From contig CAYFTG010000006.1 in assembly GCA_964346175.1 (NCBI GenBank), positions 753-64,752 on the forward strand: a stretch of DNA of 64,000 nt, written 5' to 3'. Below the pieces are notes generated by a model, which was not told the DNA's origin, ran no database searches, and saw only the letters and a list, made by a program, of their open reading frames with translations. Both the position numbers and the translations under genes were made by a program. Each line of letters starts with the position of its first letter. Positions within the stretch are counted from its first letter, which is position 1. Origin of the DNA: an uncultured Mageeibacillus sp. Its GTDB lineage: Bacteria; Bacillota; Clostridia; Saccharofermentanales; DTU023. This document shows, one piece after another, positions 1 to 9,611 of the stretch.

Positions 1-43
1 TACTCCTGTCGCCCGCGAAGCGGTGATCTAGAGGGAAAGAGAA

Positions 44-655
44 ATGTCACATTATTTTGATCCAAAGAAAAATGCCCCGCATTCATATCAGACGATTGAG
101 GCGGAATTTGAAGGACAGAAGTTCTCGCTTTTGAGTGATTCACATGTTTTTTCCCGGGGAGCGATAGACCGTGGCAGTTCCTTATTAATTTTGACTCTTC
201 TGGGGCATGAAAAAAATCGCAAACTCTGCTTCTTAGATTTAGGAACGGGTATCGGCGTAGTCGGCGTAGTTGTGGGAACATTGCGCCCGGAATTTCAACT
301 AGTCATGAGCGACGTCAACGAACGCGCTCTGGCCGTGGCCAAGAAAAACGCAGCCGGCCTGAAAGACAGAGCTGAAATTGTGCTATCGGACGGTTTGGAA
401 AACATCACCGGACTTTTCGACCTGATAGCTCTTAATCCGCCAATTCGCGCCGGCAAAGGGACGATCTTTCGACTCTATCGGGAGGCGGCAGCACAACTTG
501 CGGAAGGCGGAGCTCTTTATGTAGTGATACGGGTCAAGCAAGGTGCCAAATCCACCCAGACCGAACTTGAACGCTTGTTTTCAGAGGTGGAGGTCTTAGA
601 GAGATCTAAAGCTTACCGTGTCTTTCGCGCCAGATCCCCCCGAATGATAAAATAG
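44..655 (+). CDS. class I SAM-dependent methyltransferase, small-domain type (RsmC/YbxB-like)
   Basis: 203-aa ORF. SAM-binding loop FLDLGTGIGVVG and substrate motif ALNPPIRAGK (NPPI) are typical of MTS-domain methyltransferases. Confidence 0.75.
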   Translation: MSHYFDPKKNAPHSYQTIEAEFEGQKFSLLSDSHVFSRGAIDRGSSLLILTLLGHEKNRKLCFLDLGTGIGVVGVVVGTLRPEFQLVMSDVNERALAVAKKNAAGLKDRAEIVLSDGLENITGLFDLIALNPPIRAGKGTIFRLYREAAAQLAEGGALYVVIRVKQGAKSTQTELERLFSEVEVLERSKAYRVFRARSPRMIK

Positions 656-692
656 AAACAGGTCCGTCTCTTTTATGTAGAGGAGTAATAAT

Positions 693-1193
693 ATGTCTGT
701 CATTTCAATTTCAGCTCTGGGTCAGGATAGCCACTGCTTTATCTCTGATATAGAAAAAAGCGAACAACCGTTGCTGCTCGGCGGCATCGAGGTGTCAGGA
801 GCTCCGGCGCTGGCCGGCAATAGTGACGCCGATGTAGTTTTACATGCTCTCTGCAATGCCATTTCCGGTCTTTCCGCAGTCCCTATTCTCGGGCATAAGG
901 CGGATGAGCTCTGCGCGGCAGGTATCCGCGACAGCAAGGTTTATGTGCAAGAGGCTTTGCGCACCTTAGACAATATTAAATTGACCCATCTTTCCTTTTC
1001 AATCGAAGCAGCACGCCCTCATCTTTCCGGCAGCATCCCCGCCATGCGAGCATCTGTTGCAGACTTGGTCGGCTTGCCTTTAAGTTCGGTCGCAATCACA
1101 GCCACTAGCGGTGAAGGCTTGACTGCTTTTGGCAGGGGAGAGGGGATCCAGTGTTTCTGTCTAGCTTCAGCAGAAAAAACTTTAGCCGACTAA
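693..1193 (+). CDS. ispF: 2-C-methyl-D-erythritol 2,4-cyclodiphosphate synthase (divergent)
   Basis: 166 aa. N-terminal GQDSHCF (Asp-x-His zinc ligands), SDADVVLHAL (third His ligand) and C-terminal TSGEGLTAFGRGEGI match the IspF layout. The central nucleotide-binding loop is divergent. Confidence 0.65.
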   Translation: MSVISISALGQDSHCFISDIEKSEQPLLLGGIEVSGAPALAGNSDADVVLHALCNAISGLSAVPILGHKADELCAAGIRDSKVYVQEALRTLDNIKLTHLSFSIEAARPHLSGSIPAMRASVADLVGLPLSSVAITATSGEGLTAFGRGEGIQCFCLASAEKTLAD

Positions 1194-1239
1194 GATAATC
1201 GTTCATTAATTACAAAAAGAATACAAATCTTCCGAAAGC

Positions 1240-1251
1240 GAACATAAGCTC
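1240..1251 (+). promoter_or_regulatory. candidate LexA (Cheo-type) box 1, GAACATAAGCTC
   Basis: GAAC-N4-GCTC, one mismatch to the Gram-positive SOS box GAAC-N4-GTTC. It sits at or just upstream of the -35 region of the dinB promoter. Confidence 0.35.
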
Positions 1252-1274
1252 TTTATTTTTTTGCGCCCATCCCT

Positions 1275-1280
1275 TATAAT
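1275..1280 (+). promoter_or_regulatory. -10 element TATAAT of the dinB promoter
   Basis: Perfect TATAAT 39 nt upstream of the dinB ATG. The -35 is weak (TTTATT at 17-nt spacing). Confidence 0.45.
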
Positions 1281-1288
1281 GTGAAAAC

Positions 1289-1300
1289 GAACAAACATTC
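1289..1300 (+). promoter_or_regulatory. candidate LexA (Cheo-type) box 2, GAACAAACATTC
   Basis: CGAAC-N4-ATTC, one mismatch to GAAC-N4-GTTC. It lies 9 nt downstream of the TATAAT and overlaps the expected transcription start of a Y-family polymerase gene. Confidence 0.45.
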
Positions 1301-1318
1301 TAATAAGGGAGAAAGTTT

Positions 1319-2596
1319 ATGCGCGCTATTTTACATTCTGATTTAAATTGTTTTTACGCCAGCGTTGAGATGCTGTATCATCCTGAATTAGCGCGCGGTC
1401 CCATGGCGGTATGCGGCGACCCTGATAAGCGCCACGGCATTATTCTGGCCAAGAATGAACAGGCCAAGCGAGCCGGTGTTTTGACCGGAGAGGCTATCTG
1501 GCAGGCACGGCAGAAATGTCCCAACCTGACTTTGCAGCCCGCACACGGTTATCTTTACGTGCGTTACTCAGAACTGGTTCGTTCTATTTATGAGGAATAT
1601 ACAGATCTGGTGGAACCTTACGGTTTGGACGAGTGCTGGCTTGATGTAAGCGCCAGCATGGAGCCGCCGCTTCACATTGCCGGGGAGATCCGGCGGCGTG
1701 TGAAAGAAGAACTGGGGCTGACGGTTTCTATTGGGGTCAGCTATAACAAAGTCATGGCTAAGTTGGGCAGCGACCTGAAGAAACCCGATGCAGTCACTAT
1801 TATCAAGCCGCGGGATATTGAGACACTGGTCTGGCCCTTGCCTCTGTCCGATCTTTTCTATTGCGGACCACGTACCGTGCGCAAGCTGGCACGGATTAAT
1901 ATCTGCACGATCGGCGATCTGGCTCGCTGCGAGCCGGGTTATATTCAGAAAATATTAGGCAAAAACGGTCTGGGGCTGTGGAACTTTGCTAACGGCATCG
2001 ACTTCTCCGAAGTGCGACCGGCCACGGAGAAAGAGGAGATTAAATCTGTAGGTAACAGCACCACCCTGCCTGCCGATCTTCACAGCAGGGATGAGGTAAA
2101 GCGAACATTTCTGCGCCTAGCCGACAAGGTGGCATCGCGCCTGCGTAAAGCGAACTTAGTCTGCCGTGGAGTGCAGATTTCTGTACGGGATACGGAGCTT
2201 CTGACGATAGAGCGACAGAGTAAACTGTACATGTCGACTTGCGTGACTAAGACTTTGTATGAGCAGGCCATGCAGATATTTGATGCACATTATTTCTGGC
2301 AACGGCCGATCCGCTCACTGGGCTTGCGAGCGATCGACCTGATGGAGGCGGAGGAGGATCGTCAACTCTCGTTTTTGGCTGAATTCAAAGAAGAGGAACG
2401 TTGGCGTGAGGCTGAACAAGCGATTGATAAAGTCCGCGAGCGCTATGGCAAGGAGGCCGTGACGCGCGATTTCTGTTACCAGTGCGGTTCCGACAATCAT
2501 GCGGTGGCTTCAGAGCTGTATCGCTTCAAGGACAAAACAGGGGAGCTGGCCAAGGAGCCGGTACTACCATTGGGCTTTCATGCCCACAGCGAATGA
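1319..2596 (+). CDS. dinB: Y-family DNA polymerase IV
   Basis: 425 aa. ILHSDLNCFYASVE (catalytic Asp), LDECWLDV (DE motif) and SIGVSYNKVMAKLGSDLKKPD are hallmark Y-family motifs. QLSFL is a candidate beta-clamp binding motif. Confidence 0.88.
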   Translation: MRAILHSDLNCFYASVEMLYHPELARGPMAVCGDPDKRHGIILAKNEQAKRAGVLTGEAIWQARQKCPNLTLQPAHGYLYVRYSELVRSIYEEYTDLVEPYGLDECWLDVSASMEPPLHIAGEIRRRVKEELGLTVSIGVSYNKVMAKLGSDLKKPDAVTIIKPRDIETLVWPLPLSDLFYCGPRTVRKLARINICTIGDLARCEPGYIQKILGKNGLGLWNFANGIDFSEVRPATEKEEIKSVGNSTTLPADLHSRDEVKRTFLRLADKVASRLRKANLVCRGVQISVRDTELLTIERQSKLYMSTCVTKTLYEQAMQIFDAHYFWQRPIRSLGLRAIDLMEAEEDRQLSFLAEFKEEERWREAEQAIDKVRERYGKEAVTRDFCYQCGSDNHAVASELYRFKDKTGELAKEPVLPLGFHAHSE

Positions 2597-2610
2597 AGGA
2601 GGGCTGATCT

Positions 2611-2850
2611 ATGAGAGAACGAGAACGAGTTTTTGTGGATGTCTTGGCACAGTTTCATGCCGGAAGTGTACGTCCCGTCAGCCTGACCCTAAACGACGGG
2701 CGTCGTTTCAGTATTGATCGAGTAACTGATGTCAGGCGGGCTCCATCAAAATCAGGAGGGGCAGGTTTGCGCTATACCTGTGTAATTAAGGAGCGAGAAG
2801 TGCCACTTTATTTTGATGAGTGGGAAAATGTCTGGTGGTATGACGGCTGA
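2611..2850 (+). CDS. hypothetical 79-aa protein, translationally linked to dinB
   Basis: Strong SD (GAAGGAGGG) 6 nt before the ATG and only 14 nt after the dinB stop. I recognise no family. Confidence 0.5.
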   Translation: MRERERVFVDVLAQFHAGSVRPVSLTLNDGRRFSIDRVTDVRRAPSKSGGAGLRYTCVIKEREVPLYFDEWENVWWYDG

Positions 2851-2865
2851 CTGAGTTTTGCTGAA

Positions 2866-4701
2866 TTAACTACTGAGACTAACGCGGAACAAAGCATCCC
2901 AGGCTGCGATCTGTTCTTCGAGAATAGACAGTTCGTGTTGCAGGAAGGCCATTTCCTCGGCAGTGGGCAGAGTGTTTCTGTGCCCATCAGGCCAAACAGG
3001 CAAGGGTACAGAACGGTAGACATGTAAGAGAGCATAGGCTGTTCTGTAGAACCTGGGGTGATCCAATTTGCGAAGACCGGCAAAGAACTCTTTCGCTTTG
3101 CCGAAGATGACAGCTCGCGGTAGGGCACTGATTACAGTTTCCACGTCAGTTAAATTAGGTTCATTATTGGCGATCAAATCTTCAGCTGAAGAAATATTTT
3201 TCAGGTAAACTCTCATTTCACGGTAGAGAGCGTAACCTCGTTTGGAAAAGGTAAGCTGTTTGCCGCCACTGAATATCAGGAGGAAACCGAGTAGCAAGAG
3301 TAACAGTGGCCAGAAAGATCTGGAGTAGACGCTGAGGAAAATAGCCAGAACGACATCCAAGAGACCCAAGAGCAGGAAACATGCGCGCTTGAACATAGTC
3401 AGTATAAGATTTACCCAGCCTAATTCGCGGAAATCCTCCCGAACAAGATCTTGGAAAGATTTGTAACGTTCCAAGAATTCACGATGCTTGTTGAAATCAC
3501 GTGTCTCACGGCGTAGTCGCTGCACAGCCAGAACAGGATAGGGATCTTGTGACGGATCGAAGAGCCACTGCAGAAGGTAGGCTTCCCAAGCGGTAAAACT
3601 GGAAAAGTCGTCACGATCGGGGTGCTTCCAGACAATTACCTCATCCTCCCAGGCTAATTCGCGCTGCGTCATCAAACTTAGTAGGGTGCTGAAGATATCT
3701 AGACCGTCTTCTTTCCTACCCATCAATATCTTCAGGTAGACTTCCGGCGTTAGGGCGATCTGCAGAGAGTGATCTCGCTTGCTGCGCACCCAAGGCAAGC
3801 GTCGCAAAAAGGCAAAGAGCAGCCACAAGGCAAAACTGCTGACGCCAAAGAAAGTAATAATGGGCTGTAGGTACAGTCGCATGCGTGCGCGGTTGTGGAA
3901 AACAGTAACTTGCTTTTGGGTTGTTTCCAGGCGATCCATGATAGGCGTATGGTTTGTCGTGTCCGACAAAGTGGAAAAGCCGCTGCGAGGCAGCACGAGC
4001 ATTAGTGATGTACTGTTCTCTATTGTGAGTGGTCCCTGAGAGCGGAACATAATCGAGTTTTCTGTCTTGTTCAGTTCGATAAAAGGTGTAGAGGAAATCG
4101 CAACAGACTGCATTGAGTTTGTATCTATGGTTTGAGGCAGCTGAATAGACCATTCAGCTGATTTTGTTTTTTCACCAAGAGGAAGCGAAGACATGGGCCC
4201 TTCCATGATGGCCAGTACATCTTGTTTACTGACACCTTGCTCCCATTCATATGATAGATGCAGGTTGTGGGATCCCGGGGTAAGGGGAAGGGTCATAGTC
4301 AATTGGGTCTCTCGTAAGGTGGGGTTGCTACGATAGGAAAAATTCTGAGCTATGGTTTCGTCATGAGGAGGTATGGGTACAAAAGCATTGGCGGTGTCGG
4401 CACCGAAATACTCCAGTACCTGTAGCTGCGAGATGCCTTCGGACGGATTGCGTAAGAAGAGCGGCAACTGATTAGTAGTCTTAAATACTGTGAAGCTGAT
4501 GGTTTCATCAATGAGTACGCGGCCGTCCTCCAAGATCCGGACGAAAACTTCATTGCTCTCGACGACGATATCTTCCGAACTGTCCGCTTCCGCTGCCGCA
4601 AGTTCAACATTAAGAAAGAGCGTGCACAGCAGCACAAACAAAAGCAAGAGAACAATTAATTTGTTCCCGGATTTAACTCTGGCTATTCTCTGGTGCTTCA
4701 C
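2866..4701 (-). CDS. membrane protein with DUF2207-like architecture (signal/TM, extracellular domain, TM, cytoplasmic domain, TM pair)
   Basis: The tracked ORF is 665 aa. The likely start is the GTG at 4701, preceded by GGAG, giving MKHQRIARVKSGNKLIVLLLLFVLL (signal anchor). Later TM segments are LYLQPIITFFGVSSFALWLLFAFL and LLLGLLDVVLAIFL...LLLLLLGFLLIF. Confidence 0.45.
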   Translation of the reverse strand: MKHQRIARVKSGNKLIVLLLLFVLLCTLFLNVELAAAEADSSEDIVVESNEVFVRILEDGRVLIDETISFTVFKTTNQLPLFLRNPSEGISQLQVLEYFGADTANAFVPIPPHDETIAQNFSYRSNPTLRETQLTMTLPLTPGSHNLHLSYEWEQGVSKQDVLAIMEGPMSSLPLGEKTKSAEWSIQLPQTIDTNSMQSVAISSTPFIELNKTENSIMFRSQGPLTIENSTSLMLVLPRSGFSTLSDTTNHTPIMDRLETTQKQVTVFHNRARMRLYLQPIITFFGVSSFALWLLFAFLRRLPWVRSKRDHSLQIALTPEVYLKILMGRKEDGLDIFSTLLSLMTQRELAWEDEVIVWKHPDRDDFSSFTAWEAYLLQWLFDPSQDPYPVLAVQRLRRETRDFNKHREFLERYKSFQDLVREDFRELGWVNLILTMFKRACFLLLGLLDVVLAIFLSVYSRSFWPLLLLLLGFLLIFSGGKQLTFSKRGYALYREMRVYLKNISSAEDLIANNEPNLTDVETVISALPRAVIFGKAKEFFAGLRKLDHPRFYRTAYALLHVYRSVPLPVWPDGHRNTLPTAEEMAFLQHELSILEEQIAAWDALFRVSLSS

Positions 4702-4884
4702 TTTTTCTCCTGCCAAGCCTATTACAGATAAGGGTCTGCGCTTATAGTTTCTACTGAAATTGTTACAAATGCAAGCGACACAATGGACAATTAGTTGACC
4801 TTGAAAAATTGATAACGTATACTGTGTTCTGTTGTAGATCAAGAAGGTTTGCACAAAATACACTGCGAGGGGAGTTGATTATAG

Positions 4885-5058
4885 TTGGCTGAAATTCGTG
4901 TCAAGGACAATGAATCCCTGGACAGTGCATTGAGGCGTTTTAAGCGTTCGTGTGCTCGTTCAGGTGTTCTGGCTGAAGTACGCAAGCGCGAATATTATGA
5001 AAAACCAAGCGTAAAGCGTAAGAGAAAATCTGAAGCTGCACGCAAGCGTAAGCGTTAA
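4885..5058 (+). CDS. rpsU: 30S ribosomal protein S21 (TTG start; absent from the ORF track)
   Basis: Hand translation gives (L/M)[56 protein letters not shown], the canonical S21 sequence. An in-frame TAG at 4882 excludes an earlier start. GAGGGGAG lies upstream. Confidence 0.9.
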   Translation: MAEIRVKDNESLDSALRRFKRSCARSGVLAEVRKREYYEKPSVKRKRKSEAARKRKR

Positions 5059-5083
5059 AGCATTTGAATGCTTGTGAAAGATA

Positions 5084-5112
5084 GGTTCGCCGTATAGAGG
5101 CGGACCTTTTTT
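5084..5112 (+). terminator. rho-independent terminator after rpsU
   Basis: 8-bp stem GGTTCGCC/GGCGGACC (one G-U pair), 7-nt loop, followed by TTTTTT. Confidence 0.7.
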
Positions 5113-5127
5113 CTTAAAGGATAAAAT

Positions 5128-7242
5128 ATGGCAATGTCGGAAGAAAAGAGAAAAAACTTACTGCGCTGGCTCGAACCTCAGCCATGGGAGCTTAAAACTG
5201 AGCGCGAAAACCAACTCTGGGAAACGCTTTTACAGGCGCGTGGTCTGAGCGACCCCGCTGTTGCTGACTTGTTTTTTCAACCTGAGCAGATTAAGTTTAA
5301 TGATCCCTTCCTCTTCCGCGATATGCAAGCTGCTTGTGACCTAGTGGTGGAACTGATTGAGACGGGACGAAGAGATTTTTTGATTTTTGGCGATTACGAC
5401 GCGGACGGCTTCTGCGCTACTGCCATCCTGCAGCGCTATTTCACTGCCATTGGGCTTGAACCGCGCGTCCTCATTCCCGAGCGGCTCTCTGAAGGCTACG
5501 ACCTCAATCTGGAGCAGGTAACGACAATTTTGGAAGATGCCCCCGATTTGCTGATTACTGTCGATTGCGGTACCAATGCAGACGAAGCTGTAGAGGCTCT
5601 TTTGGAGGCAGGCGTGTCTGTAATCATAAGCGATCATCATCAGGCGCAAGACTTGCCTGATCGCAGTCTCTGTCCCTATATTAATCCGGTCATTGAAGAT
5701 GAAAGCTATCCTTTCCCATACCTGAGCGGAGCAGGTGTAGCGCTGAAGCTGGCCTTAGCTCTGGCGCAATATTACCCTTGTGACCAAAGGACAATCGACA
5801 CACTCTACACCTTAGCTGCTGTCGCCACAGTGGCGGATATTATGCCGCTTACAGATGAAAATCGACATCTGGTCTGGCGAGGTGTCCAAATATTCGGCGA
5901 AGCTGCTCCCGTTGGTTTGCAGCTCATGGTACAGGAACGAGAAGTCGATAGTCAGGCTTTTGCTTATCAGATCGGGCCGCGACTTAACGCAGCAGGCCGC
6001 ATGGGTGAAGTTGATGTCGCTCTTGAGCTATTACTTACGGACGATCCGCAGCGGGCACAGCTATTACTGGCGCAACTGGAAGGGCTGAATAATCAGCGGA
6101 AAAGTATTGAAGAGAAAATCTTCCAAGAAGCAAGGCAGCAAATTGAAGCCGAATATCGAGAGAAAAAACCTGCGCTGATCATTGTTGCAGGCGATGAGTG
6201 GCACTTGGGAGTTTTGGGTATTGTTGCCAGCAGGCTGGTACAGCAGTATCGCTGCCCCGCCATAGTCCTGTCTCGAGAGGGAGATATCCTCAAAGGCTCA
6301 GCACGCTCTTACGGCCGTTTCAACCTCCTGGCTTCTCTGGAATATACGTCAGACAAGCTACTGCAGTTCGGTGGGCATAATCAGGCTTGCGGCTTACAGC
6401 TGGAGACGGACAAACTGGCCGACTTGAGACAAACGCTGCGTGCCTACGTTGCACAAAACCCTCAGGACTTGAAGGCGCAGCCTTTAGTGGCTGACTGCAT
6501 TATGGAAATAGATGAATTAAATCTCGACCTAGTTGAGCAGCTCAAGCAGTTCGAACCCTCCGGCCAAGGCAATCCTGCTCCGCGCTTCATGTTTCCTAAT
6601 CTCCGCGTGGAAAACATCTCTGCAGTCGGTCAAGACAAGCATTTGCGGCTCAGCGTCAGCTCGAAATGTTTTCCCGAGCGAAGATGGAATATGATCGGTT
6701 TTAACTTGGCTGGTGAACTTCCTTACTATAAGCTGGGCGATAGAATCGACGTGCTGGGTATACCGGAGATCAATGAATATATGGGTATACGCAGAACCCA
6801 AGTGCGGATTGTCGCCATCAGGCCCGCTGATGAGGAGGATATTAACGCTACGGCTATCCGCGAGTGGATGTCTTTCCTTAATATTCGCGAAAACGGCGGC
6901 TGTATTGAGTCGCAGGCGACGAGCGTTCATGTCTTCCCGGAGATTTTCCCGCTCCTCTGGCAAGTATTGGAGACAATTGGGGGCAAGGACGAGGAGGGAT
7001 TCATCTTTAAACCCACTCGTCTGGCGCGTCTGATCCGGGAAGAGTATAATGTAAGATCTTCAGAATTGTCTTTCTTACTGGCTTTATCTATTCTGGAAGA
7101 GGCCGGCTTAGTCAAGTTAATGCTTGAAGAAGATGCTAGAACGCTTTTAATTTCCAAAGGCGTACCTGAAGAAAGTAAACCCAGACTGCGAGAAACCGGC
7201 ATGTGGTTGCTGCTCGAGCAGTGTGGAGGGCTTAGAGAATGA
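5128..7242 (+). CDS. recJ: single-stranded-DNA-specific exonuclease RecJ
   Basis: 704 aa. DHH-family motifs IFGDYDADGFCATAIL, TVDCGT and ISDHHQ, plus DHHA1-type GGHNQACG. Confidence 0.9.
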   Translation: MAMSEEKRKNLLRWLEPQPWELKTERENQLWETLLQARGLSDPAVADLFFQPEQIKFNDPFLFRDMQAACDLVVELIETGRRDFLIFGDYDADGFCATAILQRYFTAIGLEPRVLIPERLSEGYDLNLEQVTTILEDAPDLLITVDCGTNADEAVEALLEAGVSVIISDHHQAQDLPDRSLCPYINPVIEDESYPFPYLSGAGVALKLALALAQYYPCDQRTIDTLYTLAAVATVADIMPLTDENRHLVWRGVQIFGEAAPVGLQLMVQEREVDSQAFAYQIGPRLNAAGRMGEVDVALELLLTDDPQRAQLLLAQLEGLNNQRKSIEEKIFQEARQQIEAEYREKKPALIIVAGDEWHLGVLGIVASRLVQQYRCPAIVLSREGDILKGSARSYGRFNLLASLEYTSDKLLQFGGHNQACGLQLETDKLADLRQTLRAYVAQNPQDLKAQPLVADCIMEIDELNLDLVEQLKQFEPSGQGNPAPRFMFPNLRVENISAVGQDKHLRLSVSSKCFPERRWNMIGFNLAGELPYYKLGDRIDVLGIPEINEYMGIRRTQVRIVAIRPADEEDINATAIREWMSFLNIRENGGCIESQATSVHVFPEIFPLLWQVLETIGGKDEEGFIFKPTRLARLIREEYNVRSSELSFLLALSILEEAGLVKLMLEEDARTLLISKGVPEESKPRLRETGMWLLLEQCGGLRE

Positions 7243-9611
7243 GAGAAGTTAAAGAAAACGAAAACAGAATAACTGATCCTCCGTCTCTAGATGCAGATGC
7301 TTATATCGCTCATGCAGACAAGGAAATGCAACATATTATCGAGGTGTGGAAGTCTTACACAGGCAGCGATGACGCCTCGCTGATTTCGCGCGCCTATGAA
7401 TTTGCCAAGAAAGCTCATGCGCATCAGAAGCGCGCTACAGGTGAGCCCTATATTATTCATCCGGTAGCTGCAGGCAAGATTCTGCTCGATCTGCAATTGG
7501 ACGACAATACTTTAGCTGCTGCCCTCCTGCACGATACCGTAGAAGATACGGATACTACTCTGGAAGATATCAGGGAAAATTTCGGCCAAGAAGTAATGCA
7601 TCTGGTTGACGGTGTTACCAAATTATCTCGTATTTCCTATTCCTCGCAAGAAGAAGAACAAGCGCAGAATTTCCGCAAAATGTTCTTGGCTATGGCTAAA
7701 GATATCAGAGTAGTTCTGATCAAGCTCGCTGACCGTCTGCACAATATGCGGACAATGAAATATAAGGATCCCGATAAGCAGGTTTCTACCGCCAGAGAGA
7801 CTCTGGATATTTACGCTCCCTTGGCGCATCGCTTAGGTATTTACAAAATCAAATGGGAGCTGGAAGATCTCAGCTTGCGTTATCTTGATCCGGACGCATA
7901 CTACGAATTAGTCGGCAGTATTGCGCAGCGCCGAGGCGACCGCGAACTGTATTTGATGGAGATAGTCGCCGAGTTGAGTGATCGCATCTCCGATATGGGC
8001 ATTGAAGCAGACATTGAAGGTAGGCCGAAACATTTTTACAGCATCTACCGCAAGATGAAAGCGCAGAAGAAAGATATTGACGAAATCTACGATATCTTCG
8101 CGACGCGCGTGATCGTACCTACTGTTGGTGACTGTTACGCAGTTTTGGGTTTGGTGCACGAACTGTACAAACCCATGCCCGGGCGTTTTAAAGACTATAT
8201 TGCCATGCCGAAGACAAACGGCTATCAATCGTTACACACCACTGTTGTCGGAAGTCGCGGCATACCCTTTGAAGTTCAGATTCGCACAGACGACATGCAC
8301 TATACCGCCGAATACGGTATTGCCGCTCACTGGCGCTACAAAGAGGGCAGGCAGGATCAGAAGGTGACTTCGATCGAGATGCGTCTTAACTGGCTGCGCC
8401 AGCTGACTGAGTGGCAGCACGACGCACGCGACGCCTCCGAGTATATGGCGACCTTGAAGGAAGGCCTGATTACGGATGAGGTCTTTGTCTTTACTCCGCA
8501 GGGTGACGTTATCGACTTGCCGGCCGGAGCTGTGCCTGTAGATTTTGCTTATCACATTCACAGTGATATCGGCAATTCCATGTACGGAGCCAGAGTCAAC
8601 GGACGCATGGTGCCTTTGACTTATGAACTGCAGAACGGTGATATCGTCGAAATCCTTACCTCGGATAAAGTTCGCGGCCCTTCTCGCGACTGGCTCACGA
8701 TTATTAAAAGCGGTACAGCCCGAAACAAGATCTCGACCTGGTTCAAGCGTGAACGACGGGAAGAAAACATGGTGCGCGGCAGAGAGATTCTGGAACGCGA
8801 GATTAAGAACGCAGGTTTCACACCGGCCGAATTGTTGCAAAAAGATGTAATCGCTCCGGCTTTGAAGCGCTACTCGTATAACACTCTCGATGATATTTAT
8901 GCCGCAATCGGCTATGGCGGTCTTCAGGCCAAGCGTTTCATACCTCGCCTGCGTGATGCCTACCTGCGCACACTGCCTGAGGAAAAATTGGCTGATATGG
9001 GCTACACGATTACCAATCGGGGCCAGGTCGTGTACAATCCGGATCAGATTTTGACGGAGGAGAAGCTGCTGAAAGGCGGCGAGGCCACTGTTATCAGTAA
9101 ACCCAAGAAGAAAGCGGACTTCGATAAGGAAATCCCTGTTAAGGTTCAAGGTTTGGACAACGCCTTGGTTAAGCTTTCGAAATGTTGCAATCCGGTCCCG
9201 GGTGATGCGATTATCGGCTTTGTTACGCGGGGGCAGGGTGTAGCTGTCCATCGAATGAACTGCAGCAATATTCGTCACATTTTGGAAAAATTCGATCGTT
9301 CCCAGGAAGATGCTGAGCGGGCTGCGCGCCTGATAGATGTCTCTTGGATCGACAGCAGTGCCTACAGCACTTATCCGGTAGATATCCAAATTATTGCCCG
9401 CGACCGCACGCGCTTGTTAGCTGAAATTTCAGCTGCCATCGCTGAAGAACATGCATCTGTTCAATCTGCATCAATGTCTTCAGCGAAGGATATCAGTGCC
9501 AATATTTTAATGACGGTAAATATCGAAAACCAAGAGCAATTTGATCGCCTCGTAGGGCGAATTAAAGCAATTGACAGCGTGGTTAGAGTAACACGCGGTC
9601 ATAATGCTTAA
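7239..9611 (+). CDS. rel: bifunctional (p)ppGpp synthetase/hydrolase (RelA/SpoT homolog)
   Basis: 790 aa. HD hydrolase motif HPVAAGKIL...LLHDTVEDT, a synthetase domain (YRSLHTTV-like QSLHTTVVG) and TGS and ACT-like C-terminal regions. The start overlaps the recJ stop (ATGA). Confidence 0.92.
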   Translation: MREVKENENRITDPPSLDADAYIAHADKEMQHIIEVWKSYTGSDDASLISRAYEFAKKAHAHQKRATGEPYIIHPVAAGKILLDLQLDDNTLAAALLHDTVEDTDTTLEDIRENFGQEVMHLVDGVTKLSRISYSSQEEEQAQNFRKMFLAMAKDIRVVLIKLADRLHNMRTMKYKDPDKQVSTARETLDIYAPLAHRLGIYKIKWELEDLSLRYLDPDAYYELVGSIAQRRGDRELYLMEIVAELSDRISDMGIEADIEGRPKHFYSIYRKMKAQKKDIDEIYDIFATRVIVPTVGDCYAVLGLVHELYKPMPGRFKDYIAMPKTNGYQSLHTTVVGSRGIPFEVQIRTDDMHYTAEYGIAAHWRYKEGRQDQKVTSIEMRLNWLRQLTEWQHDARDASEYMATLKEGLITDEVFVFTPQGDVIDLPAGAVPVDFAYHIHSDIGNSMYGARVNGRMVPLTYELQNGDIVEILTSDKVRGPSRDWLTIIKSGTARNKISTWFKRERREENMVRGREILEREIKNAGFTPAELLQKDVIAPALKRYSYNTLDDIYAAIGYGGLQAKRFIPRLRDAYLRTLPEEKLADMGYTITNRGQVVYNPDQILTEEKLLKGGEATVISKPKKKADFDKEIPVKVQGLDNALVKLSKCCNPVPGDAIIGFVTRGQGVAVHRMNCSNIRHILEKFDRSQEDAERAARLIDVSWIDSSAYSTYPVDIQIIARDRTRLLAEISAAIAEEHASVQSASMSSAKDISANILMTVNIENQEQFDRLVGRIKAIDSVVRVTRGHNA

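Noticed and set aside
241-280. Short tandem duplication GGCGTAGTCGGCGTAGTT.
   Set aside because: It simply encodes the GVVGVV part of the SAM-binding loop of the methyltransferase. It is not a repeat element.
2499-2717. 72-aa ORF bridging the dinB 3' end and the 79-aa ORF.
   Set aside because: It is out of frame and overlaps two better-supported coding regions. It has no SD.
8232-9389. 385-aa ORF antisense to rel. Similar long antisense ORFs lie inside secA (33752-34366), recJ (6529-6963), tdh (42241-42894), the DUF2207-like gene (3716-4153) and clpE (62330-63916).
   Set aside because: Each lies wholly inside a confidently identified gene on the other strand. None has a recognisable motif or SD, and their low-complexity Arg/Ser/Leu-rich composition is typical of antisense frames of real genes.
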